Shown here: positions 18,556-28,484 of the stretch, in pieces
How positions within the stretch are numbered: position 1 is the first letter of the stretch
How the letters are laid out: every line of letters starts with the position of its first letter
Assembly: GCA_964454075.1 (NCBI GenBank)
Contig: CAYVRS010000001.1
Coordinates: 2,083-34,836, forward strand
Length of the DNA: 32,754 nt
Source: an uncultured Chitinophagales bacterium
Lineage (GTDB): Bacteria > Bacteroidota > Rhodothermia > Balneolales > HLUCCA01
Direction of reading: 5' to 3'
The notes under the pieces: model-generated
Told to the model about the DNA's origin: nothing
Database searches by the model: none
What the model saw: the letters and a program-made list of their open reading frames with translations, nothing else
Position numbers and translations under genes: made by a program

Positions 18556-19959
18556 ATGGCACGTGTAGACGTGGTGATGCCCAAGATGGGCGAATCGATC
18601 ATGGAAGGTACCGTCATTGAATGGACGAAAAAGGTCGGTGACACCGTCGAGCTCGACGAGACCCTTCTGGAAATCGCAACCGACAAAGTGGATTCGGAAG
18701 TGCCGTCACCTGCCGCCGGCGTACTGGTTGAAATCAACGCCGAGCCCAACCAAACCGTGGAAGTGGGTCAGGTCATCGCTGTGATTGAGACGGATGTAGC
18801 GAGCGCGACGTCCGACGTTAAAAGCGCGAAGCAAGACGAGCCCGTCGCAGTACCAGCGGTAGAAGCGCCGGCGCCGGTTGTCGAGGTTGCACAACCCACA
18901 ACCAACAACGAACCACAAGCCACCAACGATTCCCGCTTCTATTCCCCGCTGGTGCTCTCCATCGCCAAAGAAGAGAACATCTCCCGCGCCGAGCTCGACA
19001 AGATCGAAGGCACCGGCGCCCAAGGCCGCGTCTCCAAGCAGGATGTGATGGATTATCTGACGAAGAAGGCTACGCCTGACGCTGGACGCTCGACGCAAGA
19101 GACTCCTGCGCCTGTCGCCGCACCTGCTCCGAGTCTTTCCAGGCCTGTTGGGTCGGTGCCACCGACCCCGACAGCGACTCCGGCAGCGACCGCTTCAAAC
19201 GAAATCAATGCCGGCGAAATCAAGGTGCTTCGTCCGAGCGGAAACACCGAGATCATCCAGATGGACCGCATGCGGAAGATCATCGCCGAACACATGGTGA
19301 AATCGAAGCAGACCTCGGCGCACGTCACCACGTTCGCCGAAGCGGATGTGACGCGACTGGTGCAGTTCCGCGACGCGCACAAAGACAAATTCTTCAAGGA
19401 AAACGGCTACAAGCTGACCTTCACGCCGTTCTTCATCGAGGCCACCATCCAAGCCCTTCGCGAATTCCCGCTGATCAACAGCTCGGTGGATGGCGACAAG
19501 ATCATCTTGAAGCGCGACATCAACTACGGGTTGGCTGTGGCGCTGGGTGAATCCGGCAGCGGCGGCTTGATCGTCCCTGTGATCAAGAATGCGGGCGACC
19601 TGAACATCGGCGGGCTGTCCCGCGCGGTGAGCGATCTTGCCCGCAAGGCTCGCAACAAGCACCTCTCCCCGGACGATCTCGTGGGTGGCACGTTCACGCT
19701 CACCAACTACGGCAGCGTGGGCAACCTGATGGGCACGCCGATCATCAACCAGCCGCAGGTGGCCATTTTCGGAACGGGCGCGATCAAGAAGCGTCCGGTC
19801 GTGATGGAAACCGAAATGGGCGATGTCATCGCGATCCGCCATATGGTGTATCTGAGCATGAGCTACGACCACCGGATCATCGACGGCGCGCTGGGTGGCG
19901 CGTTCATGCAGCGCGTGACCGAGCTGCTTGAGACCTTCGACCTAAGCCGGAGCATCTGA
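18556..19959 (+). CDS. 2-oxo-acid dehydrogenase E2, dihydrolipoamide acyltransferase (single lipoyl domain)
   Basis: EIATDKVDSEVPSP lipoyl-Lys, E3-binding GTGAQGRVSKQD, catalytic SYDHRIIDG. Confidence 0.95.
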   Translation: MARVDVVMPKMGESIMEGTVIEWTKKVGDTVELDETLLEIATDKVDSEVPSPAAGVLVEINAEPNQTVEVGQVIAVIETDVASATSDVKSAKQDEPVAVPAVEAPAPVVEVAQPTTNNEPQATNDSRFYSPLVLSIAKEENISRAELDKIEGTGAQGRVSKQDVMDYLTKKATPDAGRSTQETPAPVAAPAPSLSRPVGSVPPTPTATPAATASNEINAGEIKVLRPSGNTEIIQMDRMRKIIAEHMVKSKQTSAHVTTFAEADVTRLVQFRDAHKDKFFKENGYKLTFTPFFIEATIQALREFPLINSSVDGDKIILKRDINYGLAVALGESGSGGLIVPVIKNAGDLNIGGLSRAVSDLARKARNKHLSPDDLVGGTFTLTNYGSVGNLMGTPIINQPQVAIFGTGAIKKRPVVMETEMGDVIAIRHMVYLSMSYDHRIIDGALGGAFMQRVTELLETFDLSRSI

Positions 19960-19966
19960 ACCGAGC

Positions 19967-20818
19967 ATGATCCATGCGCGACGCATCGATGAGGTCCGCG
20001 CGGCCTTGTCGGCCGCGCGTCAAGGTGGCCGACGCATCGCGCTGGTGCCCACCATGGGGGCGCTCCACGCCGGCCATCTGGACCTGGTGCGCCGCGCGCA
20101 CCAGGAAGCGGATGTCGTCGCGATGTCCATCTTCGTCAACCCCACGCAGTTCGGTCCCGCCGAAGATCTGAGCCGGTATCCGCGGCCCTTGGAGCGGGAC
20201 CTCGAGCTCGCCGAGGAGGCGGGCGTCGGGCTGGTGTTCCTTCCCTCCGAAGGCGTGATGTACCCGATGCCACCGGCGCTCGGCGTCAGCATCCGCGGCC
20301 TGGCCGACCATCTCTGCGGCTCATCGCGCCCCGGCCATTTCAATGGCGTTCTCCAGGTCGTCAACAAACTCTTCAACATCGTCCAGCCCGATGTCGCGGT
20401 CTTCGGCCAGAAAGACATCCAGCAGTTCCGCCTCATAGAAACGATGGTCGCCGAATTCGACCATCCCATCCGGCTCGTTCGGGCGGAGACCGTCCGTGAA
20501 GCCGACGGACTGGCACTGTCCAGCCGGAACACCTACCTCACGCCCGAGCAACGTGCCCTCGCGCCGGCCATCCATCGCGAGCTCACGCTCATCACCGCCA
20601 CGCTCGTCGCCCAGCCCGACACATCGGTTTCCGAGCTCTGCGAGGCCTCCATCGGCCGGCTTCAGGCCAGTGGATTCAAAAATGATTATCTTTCTGTCGT
20701 TGATTATGAATCACTTACCCCCGTCGCGAAGGCGCGCGCCGGTCAGACCCACATCATCGCCGCCGCCCAGTTCCTCGGAACGACCCGCCTCATCGACAAC
20801 GTTATCGTAGACCTATGA
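19967..20818 (+). CDS. panC: Pantoate--beta-alanine ligase
   Basis: [44 protein letters not shown]. Confidence 0.97.
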   Translation: MIHARRIDEVRAALSAARQGGRRIALVPTMGALHAGHLDLVRRAHQEADVVAMSIFVNPTQFGPAEDLSRYPRPLERDLELAEEAGVGLVFLPSEGVMYPMPPALGVSIRGLADHLCGSSRPGHFNGVLQVVNKLFNIVQPDVAVFGQKDIQQFRLIETMVAEFDHPIRLVRAETVREADGLALSSRNTYLTPEQRALAPAIHRELTLITATLVAQPDTSVSELCEASIGRLQASGFKNDYLSVVDYESLTPVAKARAGQTHIIAAAQFLGTTRLIDNVIVDL

Positions 20819-21216
20819 CCCTCGAACTGTTCAAATCGAAACTGCACATGCTGACCGTGACGGAGGCCGACCTCTATTACGAAGGCAGCATCACCATCGA
20901 TGAGGACCTGTTGGATGCGGCCCAGTTGCTCAGCTACGAGAAAGTCCAAGTGGTGAATGTGAACAACGGCAGCCGGCTGGAGACCTACACGATTCCGGGT
21001 CCGAGGGGAAGCCGCGTGGTCTGCCTGAACGGTCCGGCAGCGCGCATGCATGCCGTCGGCGACCGCATCATCGTGATCTCCTACGGCCATTACACCCCGG
21101 AAGAAGCCAAGACGCACAAGCCGCGCATCGTGATCATGAACAAGGAAAACATGCCGGTCAAGATTGTCGACGAATCGGTCTATCGTCAGAACTACGCCGC
21201 TGAAATCGGCCTCTGA
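20815..21216 (+). CDS. panD: Aspartate 1-decarboxylase
   Basis: [13 protein letters not shown] self-cleavage site, [15 protein letters not shown]. Confidence 0.97.
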   Translation: MTLELFKSKLHMLTVTEADLYYEGSITIDEDLLDAAQLLSYEKVQVVNVNNGSRLETYTIPGPRGSRVVCLNGPAARMHAVGDRIIVISYGHYTPEEAKTHKPRIVIMNKENMPVKIVDESVYRQNYAAEIGL

Positions 21217-22350
21217 ATGAAGTTTTTCGCGAAAACCCTACCCGGACTCGAAGACATCCTCCGGGATGAGCTGCTGTCGATCGGGGCCGCATCCGCCACG
21301 TCCAGCCTGCGCGGCGTCGAATTCGAAGGCGATGAGGAGCTCATGTACAAGGCGCTCATCCACAGCCGCCTCGCCTTGCGCATCCTGGTTCCCATGACTA
21401 CGGGGCGCGTCGAATCGGAACAGGACATCTACGAGCTCACCAAGACCGTGCCTTGGTTCGAGCATTTCCGCCTTAGCAATACCATCGCCATCGACACGGT
21501 GACCACGCATCCGGTGATGAACCACAGCGTCTTCCTCTCCCAGAAAACGAAGGACGCCGTGGCGGATGTGTTCCGCGAGCGCTTCGGTGAGCGTCCGAAT
21601 GTGGATGTGAAATCGCCCGACGTTCTGATCCATCTGCACCTGAACGCGGCGGGAATGGCCTCGCTGTATCTGGATCCGTCCGGCCGGTCGCTCAACCAAC
21701 GCGGATACCGCGTGGATGGATGGAAGGCACCGCTCAACGAGGTGCTGGCCGCCGGACTGATCACGTTGAGCGGATGGGATCCCGAAACGCCGTTCGTCGA
21801 CCCGATGTGCGGTTCGGGCACCTTGGTGATCGAAGCCGCGCTCATCGCGAAGAAAAAAGCTCCGGGTCTGGTGAAGGCCGATTTCGGTCTGCAGCGGTGG
21901 CCCGGTTTCCGCAAAAGCTTGTGGCAGGGACTGATGATGGAGGCGCGCCTTCAGGTGCGCCGGGATGTGGATTGGATCCACGGCAGCGACATCGAGCCCG
22001 GCGCCATCGCCGCGGCCAAAAGCAACCTCAGTGCGGCCAGCCTGATGCACAATGTGCGGCTGGGTGTGGCGCCGGTGCGCCATTGCCGAATTCCTGCCGA
22101 TGCGGGACACATCGTCACAAATCCGCCCTACGGCGAACGCATCGGCGATGCCGCGGGCATCCAAGCCACGTATGTCGACATCCGCGACATGCTCTTCGAC
22201 CGTGCGCACGACTACAAGGCCAGTTTCATCACCAGCGACACCTCGTTCAGAAAAATCATGGGCTTGAAGGAAGACCGACGCATCGCGTTGAAAAACGGTC
22301 CCCTCGACGTCGAGTTCATCACCTATACGATGTACCCGAAACGGGGCTGA
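21217..22350 (+). CDS. THUMP-domain RNA methyltransferase (RlmL-like)
   Basis: GLEDIL..EL, SLNQRGYR, APLNEVLAAG, DPMCGSGT, TNPPYGER. Confidence 0.92.
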   Translation: MKFFAKTLPGLEDILRDELLSIGAASATSSLRGVEFEGDEELMYKALIHSRLALRILVPMTTGRVESEQDIYELTKTVPWFEHFRLSNTIAIDTVTTHPVMNHSVFLSQKTKDAVADVFRERFGERPNVDVKSPDVLIHLHLNAAGMASLYLDPSGRSLNQRGYRVDGWKAPLNEVLAAGLITLSGWDPETPFVDPMCGSGTLVIEAALIAKKKAPGLVKADFGLQRWPGFRKSLWQGLMMEARLQVRRDVDWIHGSDIEPGAIAAAKSNLSAASLMHNVRLGVAPVRHCRIPADAGHIVTNPPYGERIGDAAGIQATYVDIRDMLFDRAHDYKASFITSDTSFRKIMGLKEDRRIALKNGPLDVEFITYTMYPKRG

Positions 22351-22362
22351 GCCCTTTTTTTT
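22344..22362 (+). terminator. Possible weak intrinsic terminator
   Basis: GGGC-TGA-GCCC followed by T8, overlapping the stop codon; stem only 4 bp. Confidence 0.4.
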
Positions 22363-22424
22363 CTTGGGGCTGGAAGCGCTTTTCTGAATTTTTGCGTATA
22401 CTTACCGCTTCTGAACTCCTTTTC

Positions 22425-23579
22425 ATGGCCACCGATTCCATCTTCGAAATCACCGTCGATTCCAACTTCTCCCTCTTCGAACAGATCGAAAAACGGGACC
22501 ACGAACAAGTCGTGATCTGTTCCGATCCGAAGGTCGGGCTACGAGCCATCATCGCCATCCACGACACCACACTGGGTCCGGCATTGGGTGGCACGCGCAT
22601 GTGGCCGTACAAGTCTGAAAAAGACGCGATCCGTGACGTGCTGCGCCTTTCCCGCGGCATGACCTACAAAGCCGCTGTGGCCGGACTCAATCTTGGCGGC
22701 GGCAAGGCTGTCATCATCGGCGATCCGAAGACCGACAAGAACGAAGCCCTGTTCCGTTCCTACGGCCGGTTTGTGGAAGGTCTCGCCGGTCGCTACATCA
22801 CCGCCGAAGACGTGGGCGTCACCGTGCGCGACATGGAATATGTGCGGATGGAGACCAAATACGTGACAGGCATCTCCCGCGCCCTTGGCGGCTCCGGGGA
22901 TCCTTCTTCGGTGACCGCGCTCGGCACGTACATGGGCATGAAAGCCTGCGCGAACAAAGTTTATGGTAGCGACAGCCTCAAAGGCAAGAAAGTGGCCATC
23001 CAGGGCGCCGGTGCCGTGAGTTCGCACCTGGCCTCGCTTCTGAAAAAAGAAGGGGCTTCCATCTACATCTGCGACATCTTTCCGGAGAAAGTGAACCGTG
23101 TGGCCTATGACGTGGGCGCGGAAGTGGTTCATCCAGATCAGATTTTCGACTTGGATGTGGACGTGTTCAGCCCTTGCGCCCTGGGCGGCATCCTGAACTC
23201 AGACACCATCCCCCGACTCAAATGCGCCATCATCGCCGGATGCGCGAACAACCAGTTGGATGAAGAGGCGAAACATGGAGAGATGCTTCTCGATCGCGGG
23301 ATCTTGTACGCTCCCGATTATGTGATCAATGCCGGCGGCCTCATCAACGTGGCCAACGAGCTGGAAGGTTACAACCGCGAGTACGCCCATGAGCAGGCGT
23401 CGCGGATCTACGACACCATTTTGAACATCCTGAATCTGGCGGAAGGCGAAGGCATTCCGACCTACGAAGCCTCGAACCGCCTGGCGGAACGTCGATTGGC
23501 GCAAATCGGTCATATCAAACAGTTGTATGCGTCGAACAGCACATTTTCAGGACGTCTTGGAGAACTGAACCACTCCTAG
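22425..23579 (+). CDS. Glu/Leu/Phe/Val dehydrogenase (leucine dehydrogenase-like)
   Basis: IAIHDTTLGPALGGTRM, LSRGMTYK, LGGGKAV, YITAEDVG, PCALGG, ANNQL, PDYVINAGG. Confidence 0.95.
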   Translation: MATDSIFEITVDSNFSLFEQIEKRDHEQVVICSDPKVGLRAIIAIHDTTLGPALGGTRMWPYKSEKDAIRDVLRLSRGMTYKAAVAGLNLGGGKAVIIGDPKTDKNEALFRSYGRFVEGLAGRYITAEDVGVTVRDMEYVRMETKYVTGISRALGGSGDPSSVTALGTYMGMKACANKVYGSDSLKGKKVAIQGAGAVSSHLASLLKKEGASIYICDIFPEKVNRVAYDVGAEVVHPDQIFDLDVDVFSPCALGGILNSDTIPRLKCAIIAGCANNQLDEEAKHGEMLLDRGILYAPDYVINAGGLINVANELEGYNREYAHEQASRIYDTILNILNLAEGEGIPTYEASNRLAERRLAQIGHIKQLYASNSTFSGRLGELNHS

Positions 23580-23616
23580 TCTTGAGATAGATAGATACCC
23601 TAACATCCCTAACATG

Positions 23617-23651
23617 AAAGGCGGCCTGGTGACACAGCCCGCCTTTTTTTT
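23617..23651 (+). terminator. Rho-independent terminator after the dehydrogenase
   Basis: AAAGGCGG..CTG..CAG..CCGCC stem followed by T8. Confidence 0.8.
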
Positions 23652-23671
23652 ATCCGTATTTTGGGGTCATC

Positions 23672-24574
23672 ATGTCTCAAAAAGAAACTTTCCTGAACAA
23701 GGACCGCCTGATCAAAGGCATCACATCCGACGGCTTTTTCAAGATCTCCGTCGTGAAGACCACCGAAGCCGTCCAACTTGCCGCCGACAAGCACGCCTTG
23801 TCCCCATTGGCGACGGTTCTCCTCGGACGCACGCTCACGGGCACACTGCTGTTGGCCAGCGAGCTCAAAGGCGAAGAGCGCATCCGGCTCGATCTGCAGG
23901 GCAATGGTCCGCTGGAGCACATCATCACGGAAGCCAACGCCGTGGGCGAAGTGCGCGGTTATGTGGCCCACCCGCAGGCCGAACTTGATTATAACAAGGC
24001 CACCGGCATCGGCGACGGCATCGGCCTGGGCGTTCTCACGTTTTCCAAGACCTTGTACAACGAGGCGCGACCCACCACCGGAACCGTGGAGCTCGTGAAA
24101 GGGAATATCAGCGAAGACATCGCGTTCTACCTGTTCCAGTCGGAGCAGATTCCCTCGGCGATCACGCTGGATGTTCAGATCGACGACCACGGGAAGGTGC
24201 TCGCGGCGGGCGGCATCCTGGTTCAGGCGCTGCCAGGTGCTCCGGATCAGGCCATCGACGTGCTACAAGCCAACATCTCGGCCTTGATGCCGGTCGGCGA
24301 CCGCTTCCTGCAGGGCGATTATATCGACGACCTCATGCACAAGGTGTGTGGACCCCTCGGCGCAAAGGAATTGGACCGGAACCCGGTGCATTATTTCTGC
24401 CGCTGCACGAAAGACCGGTTCGTGGCCGCGCTATCGATGCTCGATCTGGATGAACTGAGCGCCATGTCGCACAGCACGCAGGAGTTGGTCTGCCACTACT
24501 GCAACAACGTGTACGAGATCTATCCGGCCGAAATCGAAGGCATTCTGCGCGAGAAGAAGATCAAGATGAACTGA
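23672..24574 (+). CDS. hslO: Hsp33 redox-regulated chaperone
   Basis: GNGPL..GEVRGY, SEQIPS, AGGILVQALPG, zinc switch CRC...CHYC. Confidence 0.95.
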   Translation: MSQKETFLNKDRLIKGITSDGFFKISVVKTTEAVQLAADKHALSPLATVLLGRTLTGTLLLASELKGEERIRLDLQGNGPLEHIITEANAVGEVRGYVAHPQAELDYNKATGIGDGIGLGVLTFSKTLYNEARPTTGTVELVKGNISEDIAFYLFQSEQIPSAITLDVQIDDHGKVLAAGGILVQALPGAPDQAIDVLQANISALMPVGDRFLQGDYIDDLMHKVCGPLGAKELDRNPVHYFCRCTKDRFVAALSMLDLDELSAMSHSTQELVCHYCNNVYEIYPAEIEGILREKKIKMN

Positions 24575-25750
24575 TCAGAGTTCCTCGTTCGCCAATCCGA
24601 TGAGGATGTCGGCGAATCGGGCGCAGGTGGGAGCGATGATGCTCTCGTCGATGTCGAAATAATTGCTGTGCAGCTCGTGCGCGGTGCCGTCGTCTTTGCG
24701 CGACCCGACGCGGATGAACAAGCCCGGAATGCGTGCCGTGTAATGCCCGAAATCTTCTGCGCCCATGCTTTGCTTGCGCTCCACGGCATGAAGCACCGGT
24801 CCGACGCGTCGAACGAGATCCTCGCTGTTGATCACAGGAGGCGCGCCCTCGTGGCGGATGCGGGTGACGCTGACGCCATAGACGGATTCATAGGCCTTGA
24901 GCAGCGCGTCGATGTGCGCGTTCAGCACCTCGCGCTCATGCTCGCCGGATGTGCGGATGGTACCGGTGAAGCGGACCGTATCCGGAATGGCGTTGATCGC
25001 TTCGCCTCCATGGAACGTGCCGACGGCGATTACGCTCGGCACTTGCGAATCCGTGATGCGCGTGGGCAGGGCGTAGAGCTCGTTGGCGAGCTTGAGCGCG
25101 ATCCACATCGCGTCGGGTCCTGTGTGCGGCCGGGCCGAGTGCAGTGTGAAGGGCGACTTCACGGTGATGTCGAAGCCGTCGAAGGAGGCGGTGTCTGGGC
25201 CGGATTTCAAGCCAAACTGGCCAGAAGGAAGGGTAGGGTCGCAATGCATGCCCATCACCAACGCGGCCTGGTCGAGCACGCCGGCTTGGAGGATGAGCGG
25301 CGCGCCGGAGGGGGAGGTTTCCTCCGCGGGCTGGAAAAAGACACGGATGCGCCGTTTCAGCCCCGCTTCGTGCGGTTTCAGCAGCCGGAGAATGCCCGTG
25401 GCGACGGTACTGTGCACATCGTGGCCGCACAGATGTCCGTAGCCTGGCCGCGTGCTGCAATAGCTGACGCTCTTGAAATCGGTGATGGGCAACGCGTCGA
25501 TGTCGGTGCGGTAGGCCACGAACGGCCCCTCTTCCGGACCCAGATCCACATAGAAGCCGGTGACGGCGACGGGCTCGGACGTCGCATACCCCGCATCCTC
25601 GCATTCCTGTCGAAGCCGGGCGGAGGTCTTGAATTCCTGAAAGCCGACCTCCGGGTTGGCATGGAGATGGCGGCGGAGGGCGATCAGGTCCGCTTCGATG
25701 GCCTTCGCCGCGGCATGCAGCGTGGCGACGCGTGTCGCCGACTCAGGCAC
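24575..25750 (-). CDS. M20 family amidohydrolase
   Basis: RRHLHANPE, RTDIDALP, HLCGHD, FQPAEE, MGAEDF, LHS. Confidence 0.92.
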   Translation of the reverse strand: MPESATRVATLHAAAKAIEADLIALRRHLHANPEVGFQEFKTSARLRQECEDAGYATSEPVAVTGFYVDLGPEEGPFVAYRTDIDALPITDFKSVSYCSTRPGYGHLCGHDVHSTVATGILRLLKPHEAGLKRRIRVFFQPAEETSPSGAPLILQAGVLDQAALVMGMHCDPTLPSGQFGLKSGPDTASFDGFDITVKSPFTLHSARPHTGPDAMWIALKLANELYALPTRITDSQVPSVIAVGTFHGGEAINAIPDTVRFTGTIRTSGEHEREVLNAHIDALLKAYESVYGVSVTRIRHEGAPPVINSEDLVRRVGPVLHAVERKQSMGAEDFGHYTARIPGLFIRVGSRKDDGTAHELHSNYFDIDESIIAPTCARFADILIGLANEEL

Positions 25751-26072
25751 TGAACGAGGATCCGCAACCGCAGGTGCTCACCGCTTTCGGATTCGAGAAG
25801 ACGAATCCGCGGTTGTCGAGACCGTCGGAAAAATCAAGCCGGGTGCCGCCGAGATAGAGCAGATGGCGTTTGTCGACCACGACTTCAAGCCCGGGTTGCT
25901 CCACCAGCACGTCCATGTCGGTCTTGGGGCTGAATTCGAGGATGTAGCTCATTCCGGAACAGCCCCCGCCTTTCACGCCGATGCGAAGGTACTGATCGGA
26001 CGGCACATGCTGCTCGGCGCGGATCTTGTGGATCTGCCGGATCGCCGAGGGGGTCAGTTCAACGGATTCCAT
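25743..26072 (-). CDS. iscA: Fe-S cluster assembly A-type carrier (HesB/IscA family)
   Basis: GVKGGGCSGMSY, F.NP....CGCGSSF. Confidence 0.93.
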   Translation of the reverse strand: MESVELTPSAIRQIHKIRAEQHVPSDQYLRIGVKGGGCSGMSYILEFSPKTDMDVLVEQPGLEVVVDKRHLLYLGGTRLDFSDGLDNRGFVFSNPKAVSTCGCGSSFSA

Positions 26073-26111
26073 GGAGTTTCATTTAGATTCATTCAAAATA
26101 GGAAGTTTTTC

Positions 26112-26765
26112 TCACGCATGCGTGAAAAATTCCTGCTTCTCATGCGCGAACAGGCGCAAGACTCCCGCCGAAACCAGGTTCGTAAGCACGCGCGAGGCAC
26201 GCCGTTGGCTGATGTTCACGAGGTTGGCGAACTCGTTGACGGTGATACGGTCATATTCGCCCAGGTACCGGAAGAGGCGCTGTTCGTTCGGACCGTATTC
26301 GAACTTGATGCCGCTCGTGCTGGTCGAGTTCCTCAGCACCGCGGCCACTTCCTTGCTGGCTTGAACGCTTTTATCCTTGTCGCGGATGTACACCGTGCGT
26401 TTTCCATCCGCATCCACCGCCACCGGCTTGCGCTCGGCTTCCGGAATACGCACGATGATCAGCTCACGCTCGTAGTAGGGAAGGATTTCGATATCGGCAT
26501 CGACCGGAGGCTGGCAATAATAATCGAGCGCTTTTTCCAGCGCCATCTCCTCTTCGTAGAAGCTTTCCACGCCCACCACGGACTTGTTGTCGTTCACGCC
26601 GATCAGAAGAATGCCGCCTCTGGTGTTCGCGAACGCCGAAATTTCCCTGGCCACTTTCTCAGGAGACGAAATCGTGCGTTTGAATTCGAGGTAGCTTCCT
26701 TCCCCTGTTTTCACCAGACGGATGAAATCGGGGATGGTCATGTTGGATTGGACGGGATTCTTCAT
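26112..26765 (-). CDS. Schlafen/AlbA_2-domain protein with probable C-terminal winged helix
   Basis: GEGSYLEFKR, EISAFANTRGGILLIGVND; C-terminal ITVNEFANLVNISQRRASRVL. Confidence 0.85.
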   Translation of the reverse strand: MKNPVQSNMTIPDFIRLVKTGEGSYLEFKRTISSPEKVAREISAFANTRGGILLIGVNDNKSVVGVESFYEEEMALEKALDYYCQPPVDADIEILPYYERELIIVRIPEAERKPVAVDADGKRTVYIRDKDKSVQASKEVAAVLRNSTSTSGIKFEYGPNEQRLFRYLGEYDRITVNEFANLVNISQRRASRVLTNLVSAGVLRLFAHEKQEFFTHA

Positions 26766-26782
26766 CTCGACCCCAACACTGG

Positions 26783-27793
26783 TCAGTAGACGATGGTTTC
26801 ATCTTTGGCCTCGCGCATCATCAATTCACGCATGGCTTCCATCGCACATTTGTCATTGAACAGGATGTCATACACGCGTTCGGTGATCGGCATCTCGACG
26901 TTCAGTTTTTTGGACCAACCGTGCACCGACCGGGTCGTGTTCACACCCTCGGCCACCATGGCCATGCGGGAGACGATGTCCCCGAGTTTGTCGCCTTTGC
27001 CGATGTGGAAACCGACAAAGCGGTTGCGGCTGTGCTCGGAGGTGCAGGTCACGATAAGGTCGCCGATGCCGGCCAAACCGGCGAAGGTGTCTTGCGAAGC
27101 GCCCATGCGCATGCCAAGGCGTTTCATTTCCTGAAGTCCGCGGGTAAGGAGGGCGGCTTTGGCATTGTCGCCGAGGTCGGCGCCATCCACGATACCGGCG
27201 GCGATGGCCATGATGTTCTTGACGGATCCGGCGATCTCAACCCCGATCAGGTCGTGGTTCACATACACACGGAACATCGGCGTGAGGAAAGCTTGCTGGA
27301 TGGCGATCGCCGTGCTTTTCGAATTCGCCGCGGAGACCAGCGCCGTGGGCTTGAGCCGGCTCACTTCTTCGGCATGGCTCGGTCCATACAGCGCGCCGAT
27401 GTTGTCTTCCTTGATGAGTCCGGCCAAGGTCTCAGCGAGCACCTGGGTCATCGTCAGGTAGGTCTTGTCTTCGATCCCCTTCGAGACGCTCACCACGATC
27501 TCGTCGCCTTCGAGGTAGTTCCTCACTTTCAGAGACACCTCGCGCATGGTGTGCGAGGGCGTGGCGAAGACGATCAGATCCCGGTTTCGGGCGCAGTCGG
27601 CCAGGTCGGTGTACGCCGTGATCTCGGGCGGAAGCGCCAGGTCGGGCAAATATGTGGGATTGTGGTGGTCGAGATTGATGGCATCCGCGATATCCTTCTC
27701 ACGCGCCCAGATGCGCACATCGTGTCCGTTCGACTGCAACACCACAGCCAAGGCGGTGCCCCAGCTTCCGGCGCCGATCACAGTGGCTTTCAT
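26783..27793 (-). CDS. gpsA: NAD(P)H-dependent glycerol-3-phosphate dehydrogenase
   Basis: GAGSWGTALA, SKGIE, GPSHAEEV, KNIMAIAAG, GDLIVTCTS..SRN. Confidence 0.97.
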   Translation of the reverse strand: MKATVIGAGSWGTALAVVLQSNGHDVRIWAREKDIADAINLDHHNPTYLPDLALPPEITAYTDLADCARNRDLIVFATPSHTMREVSLKVRNYLEGDEIVVSVSKGIEDKTYLTMTQVLAETLAGLIKEDNIGALYGPSHAEEVSRLKPTALVSAANSKSTAIAIQQAFLTPMFRVYVNHDLIGVEIAGSVKNIMAIAAGIVDGADLGDNAKAALLTRGLQEMKRLGMRMGASQDTFAGLAGIGDLIVTCTSEHSRNRFVGFHIGKGDKLGDIVSRMAMVAEGVNTTRSVHGWSKKLNVEMPITERVYDILFNDKCAMEAMRELMMREAKDETIVY

Positions 27794-28431
27794 TCGCTCG
27801 CTTTTTGGGATTTGAAGAAGGGGGGAATCCGGCTTTCCGTGCCTTTGAACAGGCGACCGATGTTGTCTTTATGCTTGTAGATCACTGTGGCGGGGACGAT
27901 GAGTCCGGCGATCATCATGTACGGACCCACGTTGATTGCCGGATCCAGCGCGAACGAAAGGATGATGGGATAGCTGATCACCGCCAGGATGGAGGCGAGC
28001 GATACATAGCGCGTCGTGAACATCACGATGAGGAAGACCGAGATGGCCAGAAGGGCCGAAATCGGCGCCACACCCAGCATCACGCCGCCTGCTGTGATGG
28101 CGCCTTTGCCGCCGCGGAATTGGGAATAGATCGGGAACATGTGGCCGATGATGGCGATGATCCCGGCGATCATGCTCACCAGCACGTAGTGCTCGCCATG
28201 AGGCACGATCTTGGCGACCATGTTCGCGCAGAACCAGCCTTTGCCGAGGTCCAAGATCGCGACCACGACGCCGCTTTTCCAGCCCAGAACGCGGAACGTG
28301 TTCGTGGTTCCGACGTTGCCGCTGCCGTGTTCACGGATGTCGATGCCACGCGTCAGTCTCCCCATCCACAGGGCGGAAGGGATCGATCCGATCAGATAGC
28401 TGACGATGGCGACAATGAAATACTCGAGCAC
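27790..28431 (-). CDS. plsY: Glycerol-3-phosphate acyltransferase PlsY
   Basis: YLIGSIP, DIREHGSGNVGTTN, GHMFP..FRGGKG, YVSLAS, HKDNIGRL..GTE. Confidence 0.96.
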   Translation of the reverse strand: MLEYFIVAIVSYLIGSIPSALWMGRLTRGIDIREHGSGNVGTTNTFRVLGWKSGVVVAILDLGKGWFCANMVAKIVPHGEHYVLVSMIAGIIAIIGHMFPIYSQFRGGKGAITAGGVMLGVAPISALLAISVFLIVMFTTRYVSLASILAVISYPIILSFALDPAINVGPYMMIAGLIVPATVIYKHKDNIGRLFKGTESRIPPFFKSQKASE

Positions 28432-28484
28432 AAATTCTCCAGAAGACCTAGGTGAGGAATGCTTCGAGAATATACTCTTTTTTT

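Noticed and set aside
21720-22424. N-terminal extension of the leucine dehydrogenase ORF (619 aa)
   Set aside because: Out-of-frame overlap with the methyltransferase gene; promoter-like box and ATG at 22425 fit the family length
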